Under the pieces are notes generated by a model. The model saw nothing but the letters and a program-made list of their open reading frames with translations. It made no database searches and had not been told where the DNA came from. The position numbers and the translations under genes are program-made. Below, piece after piece: positions 45,752-55,253 of a DNA stretch of 64,000 nt. Positions within the stretch are counted from its first letter, which is position 1. Every line of letters begins with the position of its first letter. The stretch spans positions 164,598 to 228,597 of IMG/VR virus record IMGVR_UViG_3300015262_000001; one strand, written 5' to 3'.

Positions 45752-46888
45752 TTATGCTGTTAACAGCTTATACCCCGTGATTGCCACACCTGCCAAGGTG
45801 CCTACGGCCTTCGCAAAGTCCCCCCAGGAATTCTGCGCGCCCTTTTGTTTTACAAGCTCAGTGTTCGCCTTGTTCACTGTATCCTTGATACGGGTCTCGA
45901 ACTTAAACAAGTCTGAGGCCATTTTGCCGCTATGCTTCAAGGTGTTAGCTTCCATACGGTGCTCCATCTTGATAGCATTGACTTCGAGCTTGTGTTCATC
46001 TTTAGTTTTTATCAGCTCAGTGTTAAGGCGAAAAACATTGGATTCAGACTTAGCCAATGTCTCTGTTAGGTTTTGGATCTGGGTACGCATGCTGTTGGCG
46101 TCTTTATTAAGGTCTCGATTCTTGCTCTCTGCCGTCAAGAATCGTTCTGTGTTGCCTCCTAAATCACACTCGGCTTTTGTCTTGAATAGCCCCAGCTGTG
46201 TTAATTTCTGGTCATTCAATTCACCGAAGGCGTAATATTGGGTCCCCCGTGGTTCAATACCGCGGGAAATACCAACATACAATCCGGGTTGTTTGTTAAC
46301 ATCATAGTCAACCGGTACCTCAGTCGATTCACCCATGATGTTCGTATAGAGTGGTTTGTTGATCCGTTGTGGATCGTTTACGTACACAAAGTAGTGCAAA
46401 GCAGCTTTGCCTTGCATCGATTCATCACCAGGATTCTCGAAGAGTTCCTGCATGGTAAAGGCTGGGGTATTGAGACACGGTTGATTCAGGTTCTCACTAC
46501 CCACGTACATGGTGATACCCATCAGCTCGCTATGGATCGCATTGTTGCGTTCCACCAGGCCCTTGTGCAGATCCAGCTGAATCTGTAAAGTAACCGGCAT
46601 GCGGATGTGGTATTCGTTATTGCTTTTCTTCAGACGCTCATGTTCCTTACTTAACTCTACCAATACGGCTTTGTCCAGTTTAGTCAGAGCAGCGTTCACG
46701 TCAATCACGAGATTGTCCAAAAAGACATTCTCAATGACTACGTGGATTTGTTGTTCATTGATGTAGGTGGCTTCACTACCACGCTGCACAATATAACTCA
46801 GTCCACCTTTAATCTTCACAATGATCTCTTTACTGGAGATATTGGTAATCCGGTATTTGAGTTGGAAGCAATTCAATTCAGTAGCCAT
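45752..46888 (-). CDS. conserved hypothetical protein (378 aa) with C-terminal coiled coil and hydrophobic tail
   Basis: GAGG SD; position between the MCP and the RNAP subunit (phiKZ gp122-like). Confidence 0.8.
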   Translation of the reverse strand: MATELNCFQLKYRITNISSKEIIVKIKGGLSYIVQRGSEATYINEQQIHVVIENVFLDNLVIDVNAALTKLDKAVLVELSKEHERLKKSNNEYHIRMPVTLQIQLDLHKGLVERNNAIHSELMGITMYVGSENLNQPCLNTPAFTMQELFENPGDESMQGKAALHYFVYVNDPQRINKPLYTNIMGESTEVPVDYDVNKQPGLYVGISRGIEPRGTQYYAFGELNDQKLTQLGLFKTKAECDLGGNTERFLTAESKNRDLNKDANSMRTQIQNLTETLAKSESNVFRLNTELIKTKDEHKLEVNAIKMEHRMEANTLKHSGKMASDLFKFETRIKDTVNKANTELVKQKGAQNSWGDFAKAVGTLAGVAITGYKLLTA

Positions 46889-46942
46889 GATGTGAACCTC
46901 TGCCGACTTCCTTAAAAGCCAATTTGTAATGTCTAGTCTACC

Positions 46943-46968
46943 CTAATAATGTAGGTTTAAAAAATTAC
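46943..46968 (-). promoter_or_regulatory. early-type promoter (TTTTTTAAACCTACATTATTAG)
   Basis: Same AAACCTAYATTAY motif as at 1272 and 11920. Confidence 0.6.
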
Positions 46969-46992
46969 AACAAGAAATCAAAATGCAACATA

Positions 46993-47028
46993 GGCCCCCT
47001 CCCCCAGCCGAAGCCAGAGGAGGGGGTT
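46993..47028 (-). terminator. terminator after the major capsid gene
   Basis: CCCCCTCC/GGAGGGGG stem; GCATTTTGATTT downstream. Confidence 0.65.
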
Positions 47029-47123
47029 ATGCTTGGATCCCTGTGAAGGGGTTACCGCAGCACTACTACACCACGGAGCCTACTCAGGGTCTAGCACCCC
47101 GTAGTAAGCTGCCGCAACCCTTA

Positions 47124-49304
47124 TTACGGGTTTACTGGTGCGTTACCTTCAGTAGCGGTAATCAGGGCGTCCATACCTTCAACCTGAACGATCTGTTTAG
47201 CCAGCTTGGTCAGCAGACCGTCATCACCCAGGAACTCGTGAGCATCTTCGATGATCAGCGAGCCGATGATAACGTTCAGTGGCCAGTGACGGTAGGTAGG
47301 CATGGTCATGACCACACCGAAGTCCTGTTGGTCACGAGTCACGTTACCCTGCACGACGATGTTCTCTTTCGAGATGTTCACGCCGATGCCGCCCAGTGGG
47401 TTGATGAAGTCGTTGGTGGACGTGTTCTTCGGAACGATCAGCAGTTGGCCGATTTGGCTGTCGAAGTTGGTCTCAACGATTTGCATCGTGGTCACTGGAC
47501 CCAGGGAACGAGCGTCGCCCGAACGCATCAGGAAGCGCGCCAAGTTCTGGTGAACCACAACGGTCCATTCGATCTTGTCAGTGCCGCCGTATTCAGCGAT
47601 CGCAGCCAGACCCGACTTGGTGTTCAGGGCAGCGGTGATGTCGCTCAGTTCGTTCAGGAACACAGCAGCAACGTTGTCGAACACGTCTGCCGAGTCCAGG
47701 GACGATACACGGTCCTTGATCTTGAACGAACGGTTGATGGCCGCAGCCGAAACGTAGTGCTGACCAGGCAGGACGTTGGAGCCCTGTTGGTTGCCAACAA
47801 CTGGAGAGCCGTCGATCGAGGTGATGTACTTCAGGTGTTCCTGAGCCACATCGAACGCTTTCTTCGAGCACTGGTTGTTGATCGCGATCGACATCTGCTG
47901 AATCGCGAAGTCCAGGGAACCCTGGTTAACGTCGTCAGCCGATACTGGGTACTTGACCGAGACCGGGCTGTTGCGACGAACGGACAGACGCTTGTCGGCA
48001 TCGAACACTTCAATGCGGTAGCCGAAGTTGCCGCGGGAGGTGTTGGAGACGTTGCCGCCCAGGTCGATACCGGTAACAGCACCGGCAGTCAGGGACTTGA
48101 TCAGGCCCTTCTGGGTTGCGTCAGCTTTGTGCATGGTGATAACGTTGCCGTTAGTCAGGTCACGCAGGCCGTGCACGGTCACTTGACCGGAGTTCAGACG
48201 CAGCTCGTTGCTCTGGCGCTGGTAGTTGCCGTTCAAGCTGATGTTCAGCAGAGGCTCGTAACCGGCGGTCTTGAACGAAGCGAACATGGTTTCGCCAACG
48301 GTAGCACCGTCTTTGTCCAGAACGCTGAAGCCTGGGAAAGCGCGCAGGTGCAGGTTGACTTCACGGTCGTCGGACGACTGGCCTTGGCTGGTAGGGCCGA
48401 AGGTGTTGTTCGAGATCGAGTTGGTGTTGATGAAGAAGTTGATCGCGGTAGCGCCCAACTTAGCCGAAGCCAGAACTTCTTTAACGACCAGCGAGTTGGA
48501 CTCGAGTTCGTCAGTGCTGGTCCATGGACGCTGGCCAGGAACCTGGGTCAGAGCCAGATAGTTCGGAATGGTGTTCGGAACTTTCAGGAACTGAGTAGCG
48601 TGGGAGCTACGGTTGTAGGCGTCTGCTTCCGGGTAGGTGGCAGTGCCGGCAGCGATGATCGCGGTATCAACGAAGAAATCGCGGTTGTCATCGTTGGCGT
48701 CTTCTGGGTAAACCGGATGCACGGCCAGGACTTCGTCCTTGAACATGTCGCCAGTACGCAGCAGGCCGAAGATCGGACGCAGTTCGGAAGCCGACTGCCA
48801 TGCCGAGTTACCGTAGGCGTACGAACCGATACCCGCAGCGCGGACTACCAGGTTTGCGCCTTCGTCTTCGTAACGAACGGTGATGGTGGAGAACAGCGCT
48901 TCAGCGCCAGGAGTTTGCAGGTGCGACTGAGCGTTCAGCGTCAGGTTCGCGGCCTTGATGTCCATCTCGCTGCCTTTGAAGTTCTGGAGCGAGAAACCCT
49001 CGATACCAGTTACTTCAGCCAGAGCCTTGGCCGCTTCGTTCATGATCGCCATTTCGCCGCCAGGAACAGAGGCGCGATTCAGCGAACCGGAGAAAGCGTC
49101 AAACTGCTTTGGAGTGACAGATTGGAACAGCGTGGTCAGTTGATGGCTTTCAACGCCGGCGATATTTTTAACGCCTTCGCTGAAGAGGTCGAAGCTCTCA
49201 GCACCGATCACGGAGCTGAGTTGGTTGTTGCCCAGGGCGGTACGAACGGCGCTGAAGAGGTTTCCGGTATTCTTCAGAGACGCGGTGACTTGTTTAAAGG
49301 CCAT
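47124..49304 (-). CDS. major capsid protein (phiKZ gp120-like)
   Basis: 726 aa; GIE|GFSLQNF processing site, LTLNAQSH.QTP.AEALF.TI motif, strongly biased codon usage and the DnaB-ORF-MCP synteny. Confidence 0.9.
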   Translation of the reverse strand: MAFKQVTASLKNTGNLFSAVRTALGNNQLSSVIGAESFDLFSEGVKNIAGVESHQLTTLFQSVTPKQFDAFSGSLNRASVPGGEMAIMNEAAKALAEVTGIEGFSLQNFKGSEMDIKAANLTLNAQSHLQTPGAEALFSTITVRYEDEGANLVVRAAGIGSYAYGNSAWQSASELRPIFGLLRTGDMFKDEVLAVHPVYPEDANDDNRDFFVDTAIIAAGTATYPEADAYNRSSHATQFLKVPNTIPNYLALTQVPGQRPWTSTDELESNSLVVKEVLASAKLGATAINFFINTNSISNNTFGPTSQGQSSDDREVNLHLRAFPGFSVLDKDGATVGETMFASFKTAGYEPLLNISLNGNYQRQSNELRLNSGQVTVHGLRDLTNGNVITMHKADATQKGLIKSLTAGAVTGIDLGGNVSNTSRGNFGYRIEVFDADKRLSVRRNSPVSVKYPVSADDVNQGSLDFAIQQMSIAINNQCSKKAFDVAQEHLKYITSIDGSPVVGNQQGSNVLPGQHYVSAAAINRSFKIKDRVSSLDSADVFDNVAAVFLNELSDITAALNTKSGLAAIAEYGGTDKIEWTVVVHQNLARFLMRSGDARSLGPVTTMQIVETNFDSQIGQLLIVPKNTSTNDFINPLGGIGVNISKENIVVQGNVTRDQQDFGVVMTMPTYRHWPLNVIIGSLIIEDAHEFLGDDGLLTKLAKQIVQVEGMDALITATEGNAPVNP

Positions 49305-49380
49305 GACTCGAATCCTTTACTGAGGATGTGAACAAATATATTTGTCTGTGTATTAGCGCTACACATAAAATACAGTGAAG

Positions 49381-49929
49381 TTACGGGTTTTGGATACTAA
49401 CCAGTTTGTAAACCTCTGCCAAGGTAAATTCACCCTGGTTAGGTTTTGGGATTTTGCCGTTGTGGGATTCCATGTATCCCACCTTAGCAAAAATTGTTTC
49501 CAGCAAAGCGCCAGAGAAAGTGACACACTCTAGCGTGTCGAAGCCAGGAGCCTTTGGAGCGTTCTCCCCATTAAATAGAAAGATGATGGTGTTCATGCCT
49601 GCATCGATACAACTGAACGACTTGGTATCCTTGGCAATCGCGGATAAGCTTTCACCGTCCAGGCTATTAAATGCAGCCTCGACCATGCCGGCGTTGTACC
49701 CTTCACCAAACAGGTGTTTAGGGTCAATTAACAATACACCGAGCTGTTGAGCCACGATATATTGAAACTTCAGGATGCCGGCGATTTCGCCAAAGGTCAA
49801 CTTCTGATGATATGTTGACAGCTTAGCAACATCGCTGAACGGAATTGCTTGACTGGCCAGCAAACGTTGCATCTCGCTGGTCAGATAAAAAATACGGACT
49901 GACTTCCCTTGAGGGGTCTTAAGAATCAT
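49381..49929 (-). CDS. putative capsid-associated protein (phiKZ gp119-like by position)
   Basis: Located between DnaB and the MCP. Confidence 0.65.
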   Translation of the reverse strand: MILKTPQGKSVRIFYLTSEMQRLLASQAIPFSDVAKLSTYHQKLTFGEIAGILKFQYIVAQQLGVLLIDPKHLFGEGYNAGMVEAAFNSLDGESLSAIAKDTKSFSCIDAGMNTIIFLFNGENAPKAPGFDTLECVTFSGALLETIFAKVGYMESHNGKIPKPNQGEFTLAEVYKLVSIQNP

Positions 49930-49952
49930 TTTCAGCTCCTAGGGGTTTCCTA

Positions 49953-51497
49953 ATGAACGATTTATTGGTACTGGTTAAGTTGTTGTCCGCGTTGTATCAG
50001 GCTAAGAAGCTGAAAGACACCAACCTGATCACGGAACTGGTAGATACGTTAAACGAACTACCTGTACCTAACGCCGATGTATTTACACAGGACAAAGGCA
50101 TTCGTGACAGCATTCGCGCAACTATCCACTGGCTGCTGAAACAGCCTGAAGATGAACCGGTCATAAAATCAGCATTGATGCAACGTGTTAACATGTTCAT
50201 CAAGAACGATGACAGCCTGAAAGAAGCAATCGCACAAGGTCTGGAAGACCAACCCAATGATGAGATGACCCGTAAAGTTGTCTATCAACACATTTCTGAG
50301 ATTCGTCTGAACTCGGAAGGTGAGGAGTTCTCCAAGAAGTTCAAGAAGGCTATTAAGGACTTCTACTTCAAAGATTTGAGCGACATGGGTAAAGACGATT
50401 GGGCTAACCTGATCGACTTGGTACAAGCTGGGGTTAACTCAGGGTTTGAAGAACGACAGTCTGAGATTGTAGCCCAGGTTACTTCTGAGACGCCTGACTC
50501 GTTTAATGCCATCATCGATATGGCCAAACGCGAGAACAGTCTCGAAGGCATCATGAAGTCCGGTATCCAAGGTTTGAACATCGCCTTGAGTCCTGATGGT
50601 GGTTTCCGTCGTGGCAAGATGTACATGATTGAAGCATTGACTAACCGGGGTAAGTCTCTCGCTACCAGTCACATGGTTGCCAGTATCGGTCTCTATAACA
50701 AGCCCATGCTGCGCGACAAGGCCAAGATCCCTACGATCCTCCTGGAGTCTGCTGAAGACACCATGGACCTGATCATCATGCGGATGTACAAGCTGGCGCT
50801 CTCTGCACGTCACGGTATTGTCTCTGACTTCCAGACTGCCGAGAACGTTGACATCGTTGAGGCTATCGTCAGTTGCTTTAAAGAAAATGGTTGGTATCTC
50901 ATCATCAACCAAATTGATTCCAGTAAAGACTCGGCTAACACCATGTTTGCCCGTTGCCGTCAACTGGAACTCAAAGGTCACGAGATTATCTTCTGGGCCT
51001 ACGACTACTGCGGTCTGCAAAACATCGACAAGATCCCTGGCGAAACAAAATCCGATAAGCTGCAAATGCACTTCCGGAAGATCAGGGGTTTCATTATTGC
51101 TCGCGGTATCTGCTTCCTGACTCCTCATCAATTGTCTCCAGCAGCCAAGATGAAGCTACAGGAATCGGACGAAGAGTCTGAGGTGTACTTTGCTCGAGAA
51201 GTATCCGGTAAGTCGCTTACTGAGACCTCGACCAAAATCACCAACGAAGTGGATGTGGTTATTACCATCCATGTGGCCAAGACAACCTTCAAGGTTTACT
51301 TCACCTTCTGTGTGGGTAAACAACGTGGTGAGGGATGTGCACCAGAAGAACGATTCGGGATCTATGATTTGCATCCTGATAAAGGCTTGGAACACGACAT
51401 TGGCAAGAAAGCAAAATTCCGTCGCAGCTTAACACAACGTCTTAATGATAATGGCGATCTTGAAAACGACTTCGATCACTTCGGTGTAGCAGCATAA
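49953..51497 (+). CDS. dnaB: DnaB-like replicative helicase
   Basis: GFRRG...IEALTNRGKS (Walker A), ESAED, YDYC, FLTPHQLS and GKQRG; divergent from the MCP as in phiKZ. Confidence 0.9.
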   Translation: MNDLLVLVKLLSALYQAKKLKDTNLITELVDTLNELPVPNADVFTQDKGIRDSIRATIHWLLKQPEDEPVIKSALMQRVNMFIKNDDSLKEAIAQGLEDQPNDEMTRKVVYQHISEIRLNSEGEEFSKKFKKAIKDFYFKDLSDMGKDDWANLIDLVQAGVNSGFEERQSEIVAQVTSETPDSFNAIIDMAKRENSLEGIMKSGIQGLNIALSPDGGFRRGKMYMIEALTNRGKSLATSHMVASIGLYNKPMLRDKAKIPTILLESAEDTMDLIIMRMYKLALSARHGIVSDFQTAENVDIVEAIVSCFKENGWYLIINQIDSSKDSANTMFARCRQLELKGHEIIFWAYDYCGLQNIDKIPGETKSDKLQMHFRKIRGFIIARGICFLTPHQLSPAAKMKLQESDEESEVYFAREVSGKSLTETSTKITNEVDVVITIHVAKTTFKVYFTFCVGKQRGEGCAPEERFGIYDLHPDKGLEHDIGKKAKFRRSLTQRLNDNGDLENDFDHFGVAA

Positions 51498-51513
51498 AGA
51501 ATTAGAATGGAGC

Positions 51514-51553
51514 TTAATACCCTAACCGCTCGTAGGAGCGGTTAGGGTATTAA
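51514..51553. terminator. bidirectional terminator
   Basis: 18-bp stem TTAATACCCTAACCGCTC/GAGCGGTTAGGGTATTAA. Confidence 0.8.
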
Positions 51554-51571
51554 TATAGCCGCTATAACCGT

Positions 51572-51715
51572 CTACAACACGCGTAGAGCGCTTTCAATCA
51601 GTTTGTCGTGTTCTGGCTTGGCGAGCTTAGCGCGCGCCTCTTCCTGCTCTTTGGAGGGCTTCTTGAAGAGCAAATCCGAAAACTTGATCTTTTTCTTGGT
51701 AAGGTCATTTAACAT
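51572..51715 (-). CDS. small Lys-rich protein (47 aa)
   Basis: Manually translated MLNDLTKKKIKFSDLLFKKPSKEQEEARAK...; AGGGGAG SD. Confidence 0.6.
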   Translation of the reverse strand: MLNDLTKKKIKFSDLLFKKPSKEQEEARAKLAKPEHDKLIESALRVL

Positions 51716-51864
51716 TATTGCTAACTCCCCTGTACAGCAGAATAAGGAAACCCTTACCTACGGTAAGGGGCTTAGTATATATCGTGAATTTCCCCACAGC
51801 CCTCCCCCCTGGTCTCCCAAGAGTTCACTCTTTCGAGCATAGACATAGGGAGTTGACTAAATGT

Positions 51865-53223
51865 TTATTCCGCAGGAACTTCATCATCAGCAATGAACAA
51901 CCCTAAGAGAGCTTTCTCTCGGAAAGTAGGTTGCCCAACACTCTGGGTATCCATTTGCCATTCTGATTTGATAAAGTGCACTGTGCCTTCCTTGTAGACC
52001 AGATTATTACTCCCACTCATGTAGAAGTAACGAACAGCCATACCTGGTTCGATCAAGGATGCATCTGAGTTATGCCAGGCGACCTGTACCAGGTTACCGT
52101 CGTTCCTTGCGTTCTCAGACAGATGCTTGCAAAGGTTGTTGGTAGGCTCTGCATGATAGCCCATCATCTCTTCACCACTGGCACGCTTAGACGTCTGGTA
52201 CTCGGACAAGGAGTCAGCACGCGTGGTCATGGCTTGACCTTTGTTGTAATACACACCAGTCTCCGCCATGGCCGCATCAGCGGTGATGATACGCTTACCA
52301 GTACCCACGTTCTGCTTCTTGATGTCAGAGCCGTCCTTCGTAGCCCCTCCACCTGTTGACAGTACGGTCAATACCTTCCCTTCCACGTAATACGACCTCT
52401 TCAGAGACGGTATTACATCTTCAGGCACCCGGTACACGTTCAGTACCCTAGGAGCCCGCTCATAACGCCCTGTGCGGTACAGTGGAAAGATCCACCACAT
52501 TCCCTTCCGGTAATAGCAACCCAACCCCGTGCTGTAGAAACCAAACTCATCATGCTCCTGCAACCACATCGCCAACTTAACCAGCGGCACAGCAGCAGGA
52601 ATGGCCACATGACTGAAGATACGAGCATTGTCCACCGGCTCTTCGATGTTAACACCCCTAAAGGCATCAGCACCGGTAAGAGACAGCTGCTGCCCATACT
52701 GGGTCAGTATCCCGTGCAGCAGGTCATACAGAGATGTCATCAACAAGGTATCGGCGACCAGCTCGTTCCTGAGCAAGGCGTAACCCGTCTCAAACAACTG
52801 GAAGGTCACCGTGATCATGTTGGTTTCATCTTTGGTAGTCAAGTCAGCCAAGGCCGAGTTACCACCCTGCATCTCTGGGTCAGCGTCTCCCAGAGGCACC
52901 GCACGCCACCGGCGCATGATCTGCGTGATACCTACCCGCTCAGTTACCTCGATAAAGAGGTTGTCCTTATTGGGTAACACCCTGCGCATGTAAACACCCG
53001 GTTGAATCTGAGCTTTAATGCGTGCGTTATCACTGTGGGAGATCCCACCGCCATGGGCGGGACCAAACAGCGACAAACAAGCAAACCCGTTAGGAATCAA
53101 CAGGGGGATCTGCTCAGTAGGTGTTACGATCATTGCATCAACAGTAAAGACCCGTTCGACACCCACAACATCAATTGCATTAGCGTGTGCAATGATGTTG
53201 GCTATTGGCTTTGGCATCTCCAT
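51865..53223 (-). CDS. conserved virion/baseplate protein (452 aa, phiKZ gp101-like by position)
   Basis: GFYSTGLGCYY.KG.WWIFPLY motif; late structural operon. Confidence 0.7.
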   Translation of the reverse strand: MEMPKPIANIIAHANAIDVVGVERVFTVDAMIVTPTEQIPLLIPNGFACLSLFGPAHGGGISHSDNARIKAQIQPGVYMRRVLPNKDNLFIEVTERVGITQIMRRWRAVPLGDADPEMQGGNSALADLTTKDETNMITVTFQLFETGYALLRNELVADTLLMTSLYDLLHGILTQYGQQLSLTGADAFRGVNIEEPVDNARIFSHVAIPAAVPLVKLAMWLQEHDEFGFYSTGLGCYYRKGMWWIFPLYRTGRYERAPRVLNVYRVPEDVIPSLKRSYYVEGKVLTVLSTGGGATKDGSDIKKQNVGTGKRIITADAAMAETGVYYNKGQAMTTRADSLSEYQTSKRASGEEMMGYHAEPTNNLCKHLSENARNDGNLVQVAWHNSDASLIEPGMAVRYFYMSGSNNLVYKEGTVHFIKSEWQMDTQSVGQPTFREKALLGLFIADDEVPAE

Positions 53224-53226
53224 GGT

Positions 53227-53967
53227 TTAATTTTCCCCTCTGAAAATCCAGTCATTAGTGTCCTGTGTAACCTCCACACGACTCAGACTGTCATTAGAGA
53301 TACGTGTAGGGAAGAAGTTACCCGCAGCAGGTGGTTGGTGGTCAACCATATACTGATGGTTCTCATGACCGTCCAGTTCGTCTAAGTGACTGACAAAGCT
53401 GATCTCCTGACCTACACCTTTATTGAGCATCGGAGTCATGGTGAACAACATGCCCAGCGACGCCAGACCCATACCCTCATGTTCCCGTCTGTCCTTGCCC
53501 GCATCACGGATGGCTTGGTTGGTCACAAAAGGTTTGATCTTCATGTACGACGGAAACAGCATGTAAGCCAGGTTCTCCAACTGCCGCAATTCTTCACGGG
53601 GAGGAGACTTGAACTCAGGTACCGTACGAATCATCTCGCACCACAACCGCAGGTACTCCTGGATCGATTCGTAAATAGCCGGAACCGTTTCGTTGGCCTT
53701 CTGGAAACCCAGTTCTTCAGGTCCCAGCAAGTTGCCCAGAAACCCCAACATCTGAGGGACCTTCATTTGTCGCAACTGCGGCTCATCGTAGTAGTTGTGA
53801 TCGTTGGCAAACCCTGCCTGGTTGTTGTGATAACGTCCACGCAGGTCATCGATCGTCATCAAGCTCTTAGGGGCTACCCACACCCCATAGACACGGTGAT
53901 TCAAAATACCGTACAGCTCAATCAACCGAGTCCGTACGGCACCGTAACGAGGATAGAGCATTTTCAT
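53227..53967 (-). CDS. conserved hypothetical protein (246 aa)
   Basis: ATGA overlap with the upstream gene. Confidence 0.75.
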   Translation of the reverse strand: MKMLYPRYGAVRTRLIELYGILNHRVYGVWVAPKSLMTIDDLRGRYHNNQAGFANDHNYYDEPQLRQMKVPQMLGFLGNLLGPEELGFQKANETVPAIYESIQEYLRLWCEMIRTVPEFKSPPREELRQLENLAYMLFPSYMKIKPFVTNQAIRDAGKDRREHEGMGLASLGMLFTMTPMLNKGVGQEISFVSHLDELDGHENHQYMVDHQPPAAGNFFPTRISNDSLSRVEVTQDTNDWIFRGEN

Positions 53968-55253
53968 AGCGGAGGTCCGAACTTACGGCTCACCTGAATC
54001 AACAGCAACAGGATAGCGCCGTGGTAGAGTTGTTTCCACTTGTCCAGAGCAAAGTAACCTTTGCAATAGGCCAGGAGTTTCTCCCGGTCTACCATCTGGT
54101 TCTTCAAGGCATCCACCACCAGGTGTTCGAAATCATTCTGGGGCAGGCCGTTGTAGAACTCAGGGGTGAACAAGTAGGTCGTTGTGTATTGTGGGCTGGA
54201 GGCTAACAGCGGGAAGCCATCCATGTTGAAATACATCCGCTGGATCTCGTAACGCTCTGGATCGACTACCACTACCCAATCAAACTTGCTGGAACGCAGG
54301 TTACCGTATTGACGAGTATTGATCAGGCGGTTAGTCGAGACGATTGTTACCGTGGAGTCCTTGACCACTGGGAGGAGGTTAAAGTCCCCTCGCATCAGAA
54401 TCTCCCAGATAGTGATGTCGCCAAAGCCACCGTATTCCCGTCCACCGTATTGCGTGGAGAATAGGTTAATAGGTGGGTAGGACGATCTGAGATCCGCTGG
54501 CATTTGCCCAGCCAGGAACTTCACCAGGTATTGGTCGTAGATCTTCCGGCCGTTACTGTCTTCCCAGCAGATGGTTCGCTCAGGGTTCCAGTAGAACGTG
54601 TTCATGATGTAGTTGGCGATAGTTAAACGCCAGTTGAACAGTTCCTTGGCCGTAGTGAACTCCGTATCGGTGATGATGGAGATCCCACCATGCAACGCCG
54701 AGTCCTTGGAGTAGACCCATTCCTTAACAACCCGGATATCTAGCTGAGCAAAGAGATCTTCGGTAAGAATGCCGAGTTTCTCAAAGGTGCACAGGTAGAC
54801 CTTGTTTGAGGTGTCGTTACGGATCTCTGGCTGCTGGGTGATATGGAACAACCCCGCACGGCCTTCGCCGATGTCCATGATGGCCACGTCATACTGCAAC
54901 GGAACCAGGTCGAACGCCAGCCACATCTCGAACGTACCAGTGGACTGACCGGTGGTTGGATCGAAAGCATAAGCGCCTGCTCCGTCCTGTTTACCCACCA
55001 GGTTCTTGATCCGTGCATAGCTCTGGTAAACCGCAGAGTTATCTGGCTGGAAGGTACTGACTTCTTCATCAGGCCCCAGTTCCCGGCGGTAGTACTCCAT
55101 CAATCGCGGAGTACCGTCCACCATCGTCAGCAGCGAAGTCTCAGGCGTGTAGGCCGAGTCTACGATGGTGTGCTTGTACGTATTGCTGTAAATCTTGGGG
55201 CGTTCCGGCTCTGGCGGAAGTTCCTGCCCCAGAGGAGTTGTCTTTAAGGCCAT
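53964..55253 (-). CDS. conserved virion structural protein (429 aa, phiKZ gp99-like by position)
   Basis: Stop/start overlap; SLLTMVDG and IMDIGEGRAGLF motifs. Confidence 0.7.
   Translation of the reverse strand: MALKTTPLGQELPPEPERPKIYSNTYKHTIVDSAYTPETSLLTMVDGTPRLMEYYRRELGPDEEVSTFQPDNSAVYQSYARIKNLVGKQDGAGAYAFDPTTGQSTGTFEMWLAFDLVPLQYDVAIMDIGEGRAGLFHITQQPEIRNDTSNKVYLCTFEKLGILTEDLFAQLDIRVVKEWVYSKDSALHGGISIITDTEFTTAKELFNWRLTIANYIMNTFYWNPERTICWEDSNGRKIYDQYLVKFLAGQMPADLRSSYPPINLFSTQYGGREYGGFGDITIWEILMRGDFNLLPVVKDSTVTIVSTNRLINTRQYGNLRSSKFDWVVVVDPERYEIQRMYFNMDGFPLLASSPQYTTTYLFTPEFYNGLPQNDFEHLVVDALKNQMVDREKLLAYCKGYFALDKWKQLYHGAILLLLIQVSRKFGPPL

Noticed and set aside
46983-49331. 782-aa plus-strand ORF antisense to the major capsid gene
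   Set aside because: Shadow ORF caused by the strong codon bias of the MCP; no motif, and the sequence is V/R/G-rich mirror text.
44080-51497. Introns or inteins in the RNAP subunit, helicase or ligase
   Set aside because: The ORFs are uninterrupted and of expected length, with no intein (C...HN) or homing-endonuclease motifs seen.
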